Source: Negaprion brevirostris (taxonomy: Eukaryota). From it: a stretch of DNA of 64,000 nucleotides. The DNA is taken from NCBI GenBank assembly GCA_030324005.1, contig JARDVH010000025.1, forward strand, positions 76,208,729 to 76,272,728, read 5' to 3'. The position numbers were made by a program, and so were the translations under genes. Positions 62,533-64,000 of this stretch are shown piece after piece (position 1 is the stretch's first letter; every line of letters begins with the position of its first letter). The notes beneath the pieces are model-generated. The model worked only from the letters and a program-made list of their open reading frames with translations. It was not told the DNA's origin and did not search any database.

Positions 62533-62832
62533 TTTAAAGTTTATTTATTTGTGTCGCAAGAAGTCTTACATTAACATTGCAATGAAATTAATGTGAAAAT
62601 CCCTAGTTGCCGCACTCTGGTGTATGTTCAGGTGCACTGAGCGAGAATTTAGCATGACCAATGCATCTAATCAGCGCGTCTTTCAGAGTGTGGGAGGAAA
62701 CCAAAGCATCCAGAGGAAATACGTGCAAACACAGGTAGAATGTGCAGACTCCACACAGAAAGTGGCCCAAGCTGGAATCGAACCCAGGTCCCTGGCACTG
62801 TGAAGTAGCAGTGCCAACCACTGTGCCACTAT
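62533..62832 (-). mobile_element. V-SINE/HE1-related SINE, full length
   Basis: Colinear with 56698-57005; B-box GGTTCGATTCC on the minus strand; core GAATTTAGCATGACCAATGCA. Confidence 0.85.
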
Positions 62833-64000
62833 GCTGCAGTAGTTGATTACATTAGATTTTGGTTGATTACATTACAAAAAAGAAAATGCTGAACAATTAT
62901 CTGGTGATTCCTTAATCAATATGAAGGATTTAAAATAATAAAAGTTGTTTCCCATTTAGCTAGGCTGCACTTTATAAAAAAAAGGCCAACCATCTTCCAT
63001 CTTCCAAACTCTTCTAAAAGATGTTGCAAATTGCTCCATATAATTGAAAAGCGTTCTACGAGCTTTCAACTTTCCAAACTTATGAACAAGTGGGTGTCTG
63101 GTAAATCTGGTAGCAGCAAGTCTAATGTGTTGGACACTTCGTGAGAAAACTTGGAGGCTGAGGCCTGGCTTTTCCTGCTCTGTGTCTGCCAGTCCATGAT
63201 GTTCTGCTGATTAAAGTGAATGGGCAGAAAATTGCCTCCTGGCAAGCGCAAGAGTGGAAAATCCAGGCTGGATTCTTTCAGGACTGAATTTTCTATCAGG
63301 CATCCTTTGGTTTTGACTGTCTTAGTTAGATCATTAGTGTAAAAGAATGCAAGCTGTTAAGTGCTCTTTAGACTCACTACTAATGTCCACTTCCTGGTAG
63401 ATCAGCAAAGAACAGTGTCAGCGATACTCATNNNNNNNNNNNNNNNNNNNNNNNNNNNNNNNNNNNNNNNNNNNNNNNNNNNNNNNNNNNNNNNNNNNNN
63501 NNNNNNNNNNNNNNNNNNNNNNNNNNNNNNNTTAAAAGGCAGGCAGCACTCTGATTTGGTGTTTTGGGTAGAGTGTCTTGTTCCTGCCTTGCTCGCTGCC
63601 TACTGAATGACAAACTGTCAGCATTCACAAGACTAACGAATGGTGGAGATTATTGCAGAGATCAAGACTCAGTTATCCTTGTGTTTGTAACAGAACTCCC
63701 CTGGACATACAGGTGTGATTGCTGGCTGCAGGGTTCTGACCCTGGAACGGGATTTAGGAATCAGACTAGGGTTTTCTGCGTTATGTTAGTTATATTGTGC
63801 AGATATATAGGTGAAGGGCATTCTTTAATTAGGGGCCTAGAGTACTTGTAAAGAGAGACAGACGCCATTAAGGGGCTGCCTCTTAAATTAAAACTGTTCG
63901 TTACTTGCTTTATTCCCACTGAATCAGTGCTCACTCCCAAACAGCAGCAAGTGAGGCCGGTCCAGCCAATATGCAGCTGGGGATCCCCATCGTCTGACCT

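Overview
Vertebrate genomic DNA, most likely an elasmobranch (shark) judging by the HE1/V-SINE, Deu-SINE, CR1 and Penelope repeats, from a draft assembly with many N gaps. The only protein-coding gene I can support is osr1 (odd-skipped related 1, + strand). It has a probable first exon at about 23.0-23.3 kb and coding exons at 30274-31017 (split by a 100-N gap that appears to have zero true length) and 31379-31514, giving about 259 aa with three C2H2 fingers. The gene sits in a CpG-rich, transposon-poor block (about 18.8-34.5 kb) flanked by repeat-rich DNA. Main observations: (1) a decayed exon encoding OSR2-type zinc fingers 4 and 5 lies in the osr1 3' UTR with donor and acceptor sites still present; (2) a U2-snRNA-headed SINE-like element at about 45.8-46.2 kb; (3) Penelope-like elements with minimal hammerhead ribozyme motifs, one nested in a Harbinger transposase fossil; (4) an upstream ATG that gives either an N-terminal extension or an overlapping uORF depending on which of two tandem acceptors is used. 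Reference comparisons are from memory, repeat boundaries are approximate, and no database search was run.
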